Origin: an uncultured Rhizobium sp.
GTDB taxonomy: Bacteria > Pseudomonadota > Alphaproteobacteria > Rickettsiales > UBA1997
DNA: 63,536 nt
Reading direction: 5' to 3'
NCBI GenBank assembly: GCA_964461905.1
Contig: CAYWVI010000003.1
Span: forward strand, 1-63,536
Part shown: piece after piece, positions 1 through 8,492 of the stretch
How positions within the stretch are numbered: position 1 is the first letter of the stretch
How the letters are laid out: the number at the start of each line of letters is the position of its first letter
Made by a program: the position numbers and the translations under genes
Notes under the pieces: generated by a model
The model's database searches: none
What the model saw: the letters and a program-made list of their open reading frames with translations, nothing else
Told to the model about the DNA's origin: nothing

Positions 1-130
1 GAAATGTTTGAAGAGTGTAATCTAAATCAAAAATCACTCCAGAAAGGCATAAAAAGCGATGATTTAAATCATCGGAATTTTTTAAGTCAGGATTTCCAAC
101 CTCATCAATGTAAATACGATATTTCTTCAT
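1..130 (-). CDS. DUF3800-family (RNase H-like fold) protein, 5' part only; runs off the window edge and is not in the ORF track
   Basis: Manual translation from ATG at 130: MKKYRIYIDEVGNPDLKNSDDLNHRFLCLSGVIFDLDYTLQTF. The Y-I-D-E-x-G...F-L-C-L-S-G-V-I N-terminus is typical of DUF3800. Open to base 1. Confidence 0.7.
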   Translation of the reverse strand, partial: MKKYRIYIDEVGNPDLKNSDDLNHRFLCLSGVIFDLDYTLQTF

Positions 131-135
131 TGGGT

Positions 136-207
136 TTAATGTTTGGTTGTAGTGATTTTCTCCACACTAAAATAAGCCTCACTCTCATTCAAGCTTGGCG
201 GTAGCAC
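136..207 (-). other. dnaE: Frameshifted (-1) continuation of dnaE, ending in TAA
   Basis: After the C-run at 208-210 the alternative frame reads VLPPSLNESEAYFSVEKITTTKH*, matching the conserved DnaE (I/V)LPP(D/S)(I/L)NES..F.V motif. Confidence 0.8.
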
Positions 208-2639
208 GGGATTTTGTGGCTTTTAGCAACTTGTAAAAAAATGTTAATTTTGTCGGTATTGTCAATTTCAAGGTTAATTGAAGCGGTTAAAAATTCTGGT
301 AAAAAATGCGCTTTTAAAAATGCGGTTTGGTAAGAAATTAAGGCGTAAGCGGCGGCGTGTGATTTGTTAAAACCGTATCCGGCAAATTTATCAACCAGAT
401 CAAAAATTTCGCCTGCTTGTTTTTCTGGAACTCCGTTTTTCATTGCGCCTTCAGTAAAAATTGCGCGCTGTTGATCCATTTCTTCTTTAATTTTTTTACC
501 CATGGCGCGGCGTAGTAAATCTGCTGCACCAAGGCTGTAGCCTGCTAAAACTTTGGCAATTTCCATTACTTGTTCTTGATAAACAATTACTCCGTAAGTT
601 TCTTTTAAACAATTTTCTAAAAGTGGGTGAGGGTAGTTGATTGGCTCAGTTCCATGTTTGCGACGAATGTAAGTTGGAATATTATCCATTGGGCCGGGGC
701 GATAAAGCGAAATTAGGGCAATAATATCTTCAATTTTGTCAGCTTTCATTTGGCGTAAAACTGAACGCATTCCCGAAGATTCAATTTGAAAAACGCCAAT
801 TGAATCGCCAGTTGCAAGCATTTTAAAAGTTTGTTCGTCATCAAGGCGAATGTTGGAAATATCAATTTTTATGCCACGAGTTTTTTCAATTAATTTTACA
901 GCTTCAAAAATTGTAGTTAGGGTTTTTAAACCTAAAAAATCGAACTTTACTAGCCCCGCGCTTTCAGCATATTTCATTGAATAACCAACTGCTGGCATGC
1001 TGCTTCCTTCATCATTGTAGAGCCCGCAAATTTGATTAAGCGGTTTGTCGCCAATTACAACCCCAGCAGCGTGAGTTGATGCGTGACGATTTAGACCTTC
1101 AAGTTTAAGTCCAATATCAACCAATTTTGTGACTTGTGGATCATCTTTAATTGCTTGCTGCAAATCTTTATCCATCTCAATGGCTTTTTCTAAAGTCACG
1201 GCTTCAATGGCGTTGAAGGGAATTAATTTACAAATTCGATCAACTTGGTTGTAAGGCATTTGCAAAACACGACCAACGTCTTTAAGCACAGCGCGGGCTT
1301 GCAATTTTCCAAAAGTAATAATTTGGGCGACGTAATCTTTGCCGTATTTATTTTGCACGTAATCAATCACTTCGTCGCGGCGCGATTGGCAGAAATCAAT
1401 ATCAAAATCGGGCATTGAAACGCGATCTGGATTTAAAAAACGCTCAAAAAGCAAGCCAAAACGAATTGGATCAAGATCAGTAATTTGTAAAGACCAAGCA
1501 GCAATTGAACCTGCGCCCGAGCCTCTTCCCGGTCCAACTGGAATCTGATTATTTTTTGCCCATTTAATGAAGTCAGATACGATTAAGAAATAGCCGCAAA
1601 AATTCATTTTAGTAATTACCGACAGCTCAAAATCAAGGCGGGCAAAATATTCTTCGCGAATTTTGATTTGTTGTTCTGCAGAAATTTCTTCTAGCTCAAA
1701 TTTGCGCAACAATCTTAGTTCTAAGCCTTGATAAGCTTGGTTTTTTAACTCTTGTGCTTCGTCAAAATTTGGTTCGTTGCTAAATCTTGGCAAGGTTGGT
1801 GGTCTTTCAAATGCCATTACGTGGCACTTTTTGGCGATATTTACAGTGTTTTCAATCGCTTCTGGAATGTCGCAAAAAAGCTCTTCTAAGGTTTTTTGAT
1901 TTTTGAAATATTGTTGTGAGGAAAATTTCTTACGGTTGGCTTCAAAAAACGTGGTTCCTTCACCAATACAACTCAAAATATCTTGAGCCTCATGCATTTG
2001 GTCGGTTAAAAAATAAACGTCGTTAGTTGCCACCAAAGGCAGAGAATTTTTAAAAGCTAATTCAATAAATTTTTCTTCAATTGATTCTTCGTTTTTGGTT
2101 TTGTGACGTGTGATTTCAATGTAAAAATTGTCAGCAAAAATTTGTGCCAATTCTTTAGTTAATTCTTGAGCTTTGTTGTCTTGATTTTCTAAAAGCATCT
2201 TGCCGATTGCGCCTAAAACTCCACCTGAAAGAGCAATTAATCCGGCGGATTTTTCTTTTAAAAGCTCAAAAGAAACGTTGGGCGAAATGCCATTTTGTCG
2301 GTTTAAAAAAGAGTGGCTAACAAGATACATTAAATTTTCGTAGCCTTCTTGATTGCGCGCAATTAAAGGCAAAACAGAAAGCGATTTTTCGATGTCGAGA
2401 TTAGAAAGATTTTTATTAGAATTATCTCCCAAATTAACCAAAATTTCGCAGCCAATAATTGGTTGAATTCCCGCCTTTTTGCAAGTTGAAGAAAATTCAA
2501 GTGCGGCAAAAAGATTTTGGCAGTCCATAATTCCAAGAGCTGGCAGCTTTTCAGATGCTGCAGTATTTACAAGATCAGCAACCTTAATTGCGCCTTTGCA
2601 AAGTGAATAAGTTGTGTGATTGCGAAGAGGAATGAACAT
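189..2639 (-). CDS. dnaE: DNA polymerase III alpha subunit, N-terminal 816 aa (PHP plus polymerase core); frameshifted and truncated
   Basis: PHP motifs (HTTYSL, VATNDVY), GPGRGSGAGS, MPDFDIDF, KFDFLGL, YGFNKSHAAAY. Lacks the C-terminal ~300 aa (HhH, OB-fold, tau-binding) within the window. Confidence 0.95.
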   Translation of the reverse strand: MFIPLRNHTTYSLCKGAIKVADLVNTAASEKLPALGIMDCQNLFAALEFSSTCKKAGIQPIIGCEILVNLGDNSNKNLSNLDIEKSLSVLPLIARNQEGYENLMYLVSHSFLNRQNGISPNVSFELLKEKSAGLIALSGGVLGAIGKMLLENQDNKAQELTKELAQIFADNFYIEITRHKTKNEESIEEKFIELAFKNSLPLVATNDVYFLTDQMHEAQDILSCIGEGTTFFEANRKKFSSQQYFKNQKTLEELFCDIPEAIENTVNIAKKCHVMAFERPPTLPRFSNEPNFDEAQELKNQAYQGLELRLLRKFELEEISAEQQIKIREEYFARLDFELSVITKMNFCGYFLIVSDFIKWAKNNQIPVGPGRGSGAGSIAAWSLQITDLDPIRFGLLFERFLNPDRVSMPDFDIDFCQSRRDEVIDYVQNKYGKDYVAQIITFGKLQARAVLKDVGRVLQMPYNQVDRICKLIPFNAIEAVTLEKAIEMDKDLQQAIKDDPQVTKLVDIGLKLEGLNRHASTHAAGVVIGDKPLNQICGLYNDEGSSMPAVGYSMKYAESAGLVKFDFLGLKTLTTIFEAVKLIEKTRGIKIDISNIRLDDEQTFKMLATGDSIGVFQIESSGMRSVLRQMKADKIEDIIALISLYRPGPMDNIPTYIRRKHGTEPINYPHPLLENCLKETYGVIVYQEQVMEIAKVLAGYSLGAADLLRRAMGKKIKEEMDQQRAIFTEGAMKNGVPEKQAGEIFDLVDKFAGYGFNKSHAAAYALISYQTAFLKAHFLPEFLTASINLEIDNTDKINIFLQVAKSHKIPCYRQA

Positions 2640-3751
2640 TATTGATGTAGAGATTTAGTTTCTGTTGAGCTTTTCCAGTAATCGTGATTTATTTTGTTGT
2701 AACCTCTTTCTTCTTTAAACTTTTGAAAATCGTCACTTCCAACTGATGGAAATTCGTCTTTTATTTCATTGGCGAGAATGGACAAAACTTTATCCCCCAA
2801 CTTTTCTGAATAAGAACCTCTTAAAGCCTTCTCATACCAAGAGTTTAGGTCGTCCAGAGTAATTATTGATTGTATTTTAGACTGCCATCCAATTTGGCTT
2901 AAAAGTGATTTAATAATATTTTTTTCGGCGGTTTTACAGACGATTATAATTTTATCAGATCTGATTGATGTAACTACATTTTCGGCTAATTCTTCATCGA
3001 GAGATAAATGTTTTATTTGTACTACAGAGCCAAAATTAGCGTAAATATCTAACCCTCGATCTGCGGCATTAGTAACACCAACTCTATGAAAATGGGCGTT
3101 TAATGTTTTGCGATTATTATCTTTATCTAAGTTTAAAACTTTTTCTGCAAACTCAGAAAATTCTTGTAAGATATGTTGGTTTTTTTCATCAAAATAGATG
3201 TCTATTTTGATATCAATTGAGGTCACTAGTGCCTCAAATAGTGCGTAGACTACCATCTCAAAAATCTTATCTAGGCTTCTCTTTAAACCAGCTTGATTCC
3301 AAAATTGTTCAAGAAAACTTTTTAGTTCAAATGTGTTGCTAGAGCTATTTAAGCAGTAGCTTAAAGCGGATTCTAATTGTAAATGTTTACTCTCAAAAGC
3401 GTTGTAAATGTAGGCCTCAACCGCTCCATTATTCTTAATATTTTCATCACCTAAAATTGATAATATTTTAGGTGTTATGGCATTTTCTTCAAACAGGTTA
3501 TCTTGGAATTTTGCACTTGATGTGCTTACTCTTCCAAGAAATTGAAAGCATATTAGATCTCTCCATTTTTTAGATTTATTTCGATAGGTTTCTAGATCTA
3601 GCAAATTAATGCCTAGTTGAGGGTTGGTTCTGTGCATAAATAATATTTCAGCGATCTGAATTGGTTTATACAGGTGAACTCTTGATTTTGTTATAAGTTT
3701 ATCAATCGCCTGCTTGGCTAAGTCTAAATCGCTAAGCTCTTTTTTTCCCAT
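2639..3751 (-). CDS. Type II restriction endonuclease, HaeII family (probable RGCGCY specificity)
   Basis: N-terminus AKQAIDKLITKSRVHLYKPIQIAEIL and NAADRGLDIYANFG..VQIKHLSL resemble HaeII-family enzymes; lies directly downstream of a C5 methyltransferase. Confidence 0.75.
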   Translation of the reverse strand: MGKKELSDLDLAKQAIDKLITKSRVHLYKPIQIAEILFMHRTNPQLGINLLDLETYRNKSKKWRDLICFQFLGRVSTSSAKFQDNLFEENAITPKILSILGDENIKNNGAVEAYIYNAFESKHLQLESALSYCLNSSSNTFELKSFLEQFWNQAGLKRSLDKIFEMVVYALFEALVTSIDIKIDIYFDEKNQHILQEFSEFAEKVLNLDKDNNRKTLNAHFHRVGVTNAADRGLDIYANFGSVVQIKHLSLDEELAENVVTSIRSDKIIIVCKTAEKNIIKSLLSQIGWQSKIQSIITLDDLNSWYEKALRGSYSEKLGDKVLSILANEIKDEFPSVGSDDFQKFKEERGYNKINHDYWKSSTETKSLHQ

Positions 3752-4713
3752 AAATCGAATAATTGAATTTGATACTGCTCTGAGGTTTTTTGCTCAATGC
3801 TATTTAGCATGGAATTAGCAACGGCTTTTATCACTGGAACAGAAACACTATTGCCAGCCTGTTTTTTTAACTGGGTATAAGGAACAACAATTTTAAAAGA
3901 ATCTGGAAAACCTTGTAATCTTAATAATTCTCTTGGTGTAGGTCTTCTGATTCCATTAACCAAAAGATAATTATGCGATGCTCCAGCTCTTAATGCGCAA
4001 GAATATTTTAGAGCCGATATATTACCGCTTTTATTTTCATGCCATATTGATGGAATTGGGTAATTCTCTTTAACCTTTTCTTTTCTCTTCTTTTGAATTT
4101 CTTCAGAGGCGTAATATTTTTTATCTACGAATTTTTCATCCTCAAGAACACCAGATAAATCTGGTTTTACATCGAACGGCTTTGGAAAAGAAAATTTAAT
4201 ATTTTCTCTAAATCCAACAATTATTGTTCTTTCCCGTTTTTGCGGAACTCCAAAATCAAGAGAATTTAAAACTGTGTGATGCACAAAATATCCTAAATTC
4301 TCCAGATGTTCAATTATTGTTTTAAAAGTTCTTCCCCCGTCGTGAGATTTTAAATTTTTTACGTTTTCTAACATAAAAGCATAAGGCTTCTTTATCTTTA
4401 GAATCTCTTCGATGTTAAAAAATAAAGTTCCCCTCGTATCTAAAAATCCTTTTCTATCTCCGCATATGCTAAATGCCTGACATGGAAAACCTCCAAGCAA
4501 TATGTCGTGATCTGGTATGCTTTTTGGATCTATTTTTGTTATATCTCCGTAAGGTTTCTCATTGAAGTTGGCTTCGTAAGTATCTTGAGCAAACTTATCC
4601 CATTCAGAAGAAAAAACGCATTTACCACCTACAGATTCAAAACCTAGTCTAATACCTCCGATTCCTGCGAATAGATCAATAAATTTAAATTTGTGGCTGC
4701 GGTTTTTTATCAT
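3724..4713 (-). CDS. dcm: DNA (cytosine-5) methyltransferase, cognate MTase; start corrected to ATG at 4713
   Basis: Motifs FIDLFAGIGG, GGFPCQAF, ENVKNL, QKRERT, QAGNSV. Start overlaps the pgpA stop (TAATG). Confidence 0.95.
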   Translation of the reverse strand: MIKNRSHKFKFIDLFAGIGGIRLGFESVGGKCVFSSEWDKFAQDTYEANFNEKPYGDITKIDPKSIPDHDILLGGFPCQAFSICGDRKGFLDTRGTLFFNIEEILKIKKPYAFMLENVKNLKSHDGGRTFKTIIEHLENLGYFVHHTVLNSLDFGVPQKRERTIIVGFRENIKFSFPKPFDVKPDLSGVLEDEKFVDKKYYASEEIQKKRKEKVKENYPIPSIWHENKSGNISALKYSCALRAGASHNYLLVNGIRRPTPRELLRLQGFPDSFKIVVPYTQLKKQAGNSVSVPVIKAVANSMLNSIEQKTSEQYQIQLFDLWEKKSLAI

Positions 4714-5231
4714 TATTTTACCAAAAAAATCAAACAAACTCCAATTAATGCAGCAATGATTCCAGAAAGCAAATCGTCGAACATTACGCCGAATCCGCTT
4801 TTAAAATTGCGGTCGCAATAGCCGATGAAAGAGGGTTTTTTAATGTCAAAAAATCTGAAAAGAACAAAGCAAAAAAAGAGGTGGGCGGCGATTAAAATTG
4901 GCTGTGAAAAATATTTTTCAAAAAGCAAAGAAAAAGTAATTTGCAGCGCAATTATTTGCCCAACGGTTTCGTCTAAAACAATTGACTGGTGATCCATTTC
5001 GCCAAATTGTTTGGCGTAAATTGGTGAGGCGATGCAGCCGTAAATAAACGCCGCAACAAGAAAAATTCCCCAAAAAATATTTTGAGATTGCAGCGAAACT
5101 TGGTGATTAAAAAAGAACAAAGTCAAAAAAAACCAAAAAAGCAAAGAGGTAAAACTACCAAATGTTCCGGGAGCTTTTTTTGCTTTGCCAGAGTAGAAAA
5201 ATGTCAGAAAAAATTCGTGAAGTTTTAGCAT
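4713..5231 (-). CDS. pgpA: Phosphatidylglycerophosphatase A
   Basis: KAPGTFGS, IVLDETVGQ, FRFFDIKKP and GVMFDDLL motifs; hydrophobic protein. Confidence 0.93.
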   Translation of the reverse strand: MLKLHEFFLTFFYSGKAKKAPGTFGSFTSLLFWFFLTLFFFNHQVSLQSQNIFWGIFLVAAFIYGCIASPIYAKQFGEMDHQSIVLDETVGQIIALQITFSLLFEKYFSQPILIAAHLFFCFVLFRFFDIKKPSFIGYCDRNFKSGFGVMFDDLLSGIIAALIGVCLIFLVK

Positions 5232-5290
5232 GTTTTAAAAAGATTGTTAGCGGCACTTAAGGTGAGAGGTAAATTAGCAAAATAAAACTC

Positions 5291-6235
5291 TTACTGCCAA
5301 ATCTCAACCACCTTATTGTCGAGTAAAAATTGGTTTAAATAAGTTCCATTTTCGGCAATTTTTTGTAGATCTTTTTCTTTGCCGCTTTCGTCAAAAAACA
5401 CCTCAGCAACAAAGCGACCGTAAATGTCGGTTTTGTTAGTTTTGACGATTAAAAATTTCACCGCACTTAAAGTTTTTTTCAAAAATGCCGTCGCTTTTTT
5501 GCCTTCGGCTGTTGCACTTTCGGCGGCGTTGATTTTGGCAAGGCGAAGAATTTCGCGGTGCTTAACACCAAATCCCAAATCGAGTTTAACGTGAATGGTG
5601 TCGCCGTCAACAATGCGCTCTACTGTGGCAATGTAGGTGTAATCGCTTTTGGTGAATTCGGGTTTAGTTTTTTGCAATGCGGCAGAATTTTTTTCTAAAA
5701 AAATATTAAACCCCAAATCAATTTCACCTTCTTCATTCAAACTGTAAGTAAACAACTTGCCGCGTTTAACCTTTAATTGCGGAATTTTTTCGACAGATTT
5801 TTTAACAATTTTTTTCTGCTTTTTTACCGCGGCGATTTCTTCTTGCAGACGGTCGCTGCCAAGCGATTTTTCAATTACCAAATTTTCTAATTGTTGCCGA
5901 GTTTCTTCATCTTTTACGGCAATTAAACTTCGGTAATGGCTCCAGCTTAAAGAGTTTTTTTGCTGTGGCATCTGCGGATAATTTTTGTAAAATGCGCGCA
6001 TTTGGTAGAGGGCGGTTTTTTTAATTTGCGTGTCAGTGGTTAGCTGCAAAAAAATTTTCTCGCCGTATTCCGCTTTGTCTTGCCCCTGCAAATACAAATC
6101 AATTTCTTTGCCAATTTTCCAACTCATTAAAACTTTTTGGTAATCAACAGATTCAACAATATTTTTCTGAGTTTTGCTGATTGTCTGACGAATTTTTGTC
6201 AGCAGTTTTTTGTAATTTTGAGAAGAAATTTCCAT
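5291..6235 (-). CDS. DUF1016 N-terminal domain fused to a thermonuclease (SNase-like) domain
   Basis: N-terminal SWKIGKEI...MRAFY...LSWSHYRSLI; C-terminal VERIVDGDT...RLAKINAAE...DIYGRFVA. Confidence 0.8.
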   Translation of the reverse strand: MEISSQNYKKLLTKIRQTISKTQKNIVESVDYQKVLMSWKIGKEIDLYLQGQDKAEYGEKIFLQLTTDTQIKKTALYQMRAFYKNYPQMPQQKNSLSWSHYRSLIAVKDEETRQQLENLVIEKSLGSDRLQEEIAAVKKQKKIVKKSVEKIPQLKVKRGKLFTYSLNEEGEIDLGFNIFLEKNSAALQKTKPEFTKSDYTYIATVERIVDGDTIHVKLDLGFGVKHREILRLAKINAAESATAEGKKATAFLKKTLSAVKFLIVKTNKTDIYGRFVAEVFFDESGKEKDLQKIAENGTYLNQFLLDNKVVEIWQ

Positions 6236-6275
6236 TGGGGTTAAAGCCTTTTATTTAAAGGGTTAGTAAGGTTTT

Positions 6276-6311
6276 TTTCTGAATTTTCCACTTACGTGGA
6301 AAATTCAGAAA
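6276..6311. repeat. Perfect inverted repeat, 16-bp arms and 4-nt loop
   Basis: TTTCTGAATTTTCCAC-ttac-GTGGAAAATTCAGAAA. Confidence 0.95.
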
Positions 6312-6341
6312 TTTTGTAAAATTTCGCGGTAGGTTTTGTGA

Positions 6342-7229
6342 CTACTCAATCGCTTCTAAAAACTTTTTAGCGTTAAGTTTAGTCACAACTTTTTTACCAG
6401 TTTTTGCCTCTAATTCTTTGCGAGCATTTCCGGCAATTGCACCACCTTGTTTTGCCACTTTCTTACTTTGCGCGTAATTTTTGGGATTTGTGGCTTGTGA
6501 AATATCTTTAGTCGAAGCCTCAGCCAACATGTTCAAAATAAGCTCAGTATTAGTCATGTACTCGCAATTTTTTATTTTTTTAATCGAGCGAGTTGCAATC
6601 GCTTTGCTCTTGTTGTCACGTAAATTCTCTTTTTTTAAACCCTTCAAAGCCTTGTATTCCTTGGTGCTTTTCCCGCTCCAGCTTTTGGTAATAATGTCAG
6701 TGAGGCTAGCAAATTCTTGCCCCTCTCTAAGTCCGAGTCGCTTCCACTCGTCGGTTAATTCTTTTCTAATCTCGATGCTTTTTAGTCGCTGATTGATCCA
6801 ACTTTGAGAATATCCAAGATTCAAATATTGCTGCAAAGCGCGATCAATTGAAAGCTCAGGATCTTGCATTTCGTCCAATCTTTCACTTCCTACTTTTGCC
6901 AACCACAGTTTGAAAGGTTCAGCTTTTGGTGAAGGAATTGATTGTATTAGACGAAAGATTTGTTCGGTGGTGGCGACGTCGGTCATTCGCATTTTACCGT
7001 CTTCTGCTTCCATTTTTAAACGGTTACAATTTGTAACCGTTTCATTCCCTTCTTTTAAAAGACGGTGCTTTAGAACCTTCCAATAATTTCTAGCTCCTTG
7101 GTAATTGGCTTGATCTGTTAGCACTTCAACCACATCCACAACAGAAAAATACCATTGCTCTTCAGTTTCATTCCAAGAGGTGCGAACTTTTTTTTGTTCA
7201 AATAATTTTATTTCATTTTGCTTTTTCAT
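6342..7229 (-). CDS. Bro-N domain / phage antirepressor-like protein with an 18-codon insert
   Basis: IKLFEQKKVR..W...EEQWYFSVVDVVEVLT, RLIQSIPSPKAEPFKLWLA, ENLRDN...MTNTELILNMLAE. Confidence 0.85.
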   Translation of the reverse strand: MKKQNEIKLFEQKKVRTSWNETEEQWYFSVVDVVEVLTDQANYQGARNYWKVLKHRLLKEGNETVTNCNRLKMEAEDGKMRMTDVATTEQIFRLIQSIPSPKAEPFKLWLAKVGSERLDEMQDPELSIDRALQQYLNLGYSQSWINQRLKSIEIRKELTDEWKRLGLREGQEFASLTDIITKSWSGKSTKEYKALKGLKKENLRDNKSKAIATRSIKKIKNCEYMTNTELILNMLAEASTKDISQATNPKNYAQSKKVAKQGGAIAGNARKELEAKTGKKVVTKLNAKKFLEAIE

Positions 7230-7270
7230 TTTTTGGTTTTTTGTTTTTTGGTAAAATAAGCTAACAGTGT

Positions 7271-8419
7271 CTAAAACCTCTTCAAAATCTCAAAGTAAGT
7301 TTTTTGCAATTCTTCGATTTCAGAAACCTCAGCAAACTCGTCAATTTGGTGGGCGGTTTTGTTGACTAAGCCAATTTCAACAACTTCGGCGTAGTCTTTA
7401 ATGAAGCGCGCGTCAGAAGTTCCGCCAGTGGTGCTCATTTCTGGAGTTTTGCCAGTAATTTTTTTAACTGCTTCAACAACAATTGGTGCTAAAAATTTTG
7501 GATCGCTTAAAAAACTCTCGCCTGATGTGCGGTGTGTCAGTTCAAATTTTGCGCCAAATCCAACGGTTTTTTTGCAGGCGTATTCAACTAAATCCAAAAT
7601 TGATTGTGAAGTGTGTAAATCGTTAAAACGCACGTTAAACGCCGCTTCAGCCTCGTTTGGAATTACATTTCCGCCAAGATTTTGTGACGTAATTGAAGTG
7701 ATTTCAAGATTGCTTGGATCAAAGAATTTTGTGCCTTCGTCGAGTTTGTGATCTTTTAAAATCTTCAACAAATTAATCAAAATTGTAATTGGATTTAAGG
7801 CATTTTCAGGGTAGGCGACGTGACCTTGTTTGCCGGTGATTTTTACTTTAAAGCCAATCGAACCACGGCGTCCGATCTTAATCATTTCGCCAAAATTTTT
7901 TGGATTTGTTGGTTCGCCAACCAAACAATGCGAAATTTTTTTGCTGGATTTTTGCATCCATTCCAAAACTTTTGCTGTGCCGTTAACGCCGTCGGCTTCT
8001 TCGTCGTTGGTGATTAAAAAGCCAATGCCAAAATCAGGATTTTTTTCTGCCAAAAATTCTTCAGCCGCAGAAACGAAGCAGGCAATGGCGCATTTCATGT
8101 CGGCGGCACCACGACCAAAAAGTTTGCCGTCAATAATTTTTGCAGCAAATGGATCGTGTGTCCAAGAGGCTTTGTTGCCTTCGTTTACAACGTCGGTGTG
8201 ACCAGCGAAATACAAAACACGTTCAGAATTTTTGGGATTAAAAACGGCGTGAAGATTATTTACTTTGTAAGAATTTGAGCCTTCAAACTCGAGGTAATCG
8301 CAGGTGAATCCTAAGTTTTTTAGGTAATTTCCAAGAAAATTTAAAACTTCTTCATTAACGCCGCTGTAAGAAGGAATTTGAATTAATTTTTGAGATAATT
8401 GTGTAGCGTTGAGTTTCAT
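7271..8419 (-). CDS. dapE: Succinyl-diaminopimelate desuccinylase
   Basis: FAGHTDVV, GRGAADMK, ITNDEE, VGEPT, GHVAYP, GGTSDARF, HQIDE. Confidence 0.96.
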   Translation of the reverse strand: MKLNATQLSQKLIQIPSYSGVNEEVLNFLGNYLKNLGFTCDYLEFEGSNSYKVNNLHAVFNPKNSERVLYFAGHTDVVNEGNKASWTHDPFAAKIIDGKLFGRGAADMKCAIACFVSAAEEFLAEKNPDFGIGFLITNDEEADGVNGTAKVLEWMQKSSKKISHCLVGEPTNPKNFGEMIKIGRRGSIGFKVKITGKQGHVAYPENALNPITILINLLKILKDHKLDEGTKFFDPSNLEITSITSQNLGGNVIPNEAEAAFNVRFNDLHTSQSILDLVEYACKKTVGFGAKFELTHRTSGESFLSDPKFLAPIVVEAVKKITGKTPEMSTTGGTSDARFIKDYAEVVEIGLVNKTAHQIDEFAEVSEIEELQKTYFEILKRF

Positions 8420-8492
8420 GGTTGAAATTTTTTTGATTAAAAAAAGAATGGCCCGAGTTTTTATTTTCCCCTCATCTTCAAATCAATCAACA

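Noticed and set aside
4-204. Plus-strand 66-aa ORF
   Set aside because: Antisense shadow of the DUF3800-like ORF and the dnaE continuation, both of which carry recognisable motifs.
200-225. Programmed -1 frameshift in dnaE
   Set aside because: No canonical X XXY YYZ heptamer or clear stimulator. A one-base loss in a C run (sequencing error or mutation) is simpler. It does not explain the stop at 136-138 anyway.
300-420. Split intein in dnaE
   Set aside because: The usual insertion site reads KFAGYGFNKSH uninterrupted, and no Cys-initiated intein N-fragment lies at the break.
7019-7041. Palindrome ACGGTTACAA-T-TTGTAACCGT within Bro-N
   Set aside because: It encodes the ETVTNCNRL segment, which I recall as a usual feature of this family; not treated as a separate insertion.
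6481-8201. Plus-strand ORFs of 65-123 aa over Bro-N and dapE
   Set aside because: Antisense shadows without RBS or family motifs; the other short nested ORFs in the track were dismissed for the same reason.
8409-8492. N-terminal extension of SerS given in the ORF track
   Set aside because: It overlaps the divergent dapE start; homolog-like MLDIKWIREN begins at 8493. Similar over-extensions were trimmed for the MTase, porin, YceI, TetR, OMF and CA.
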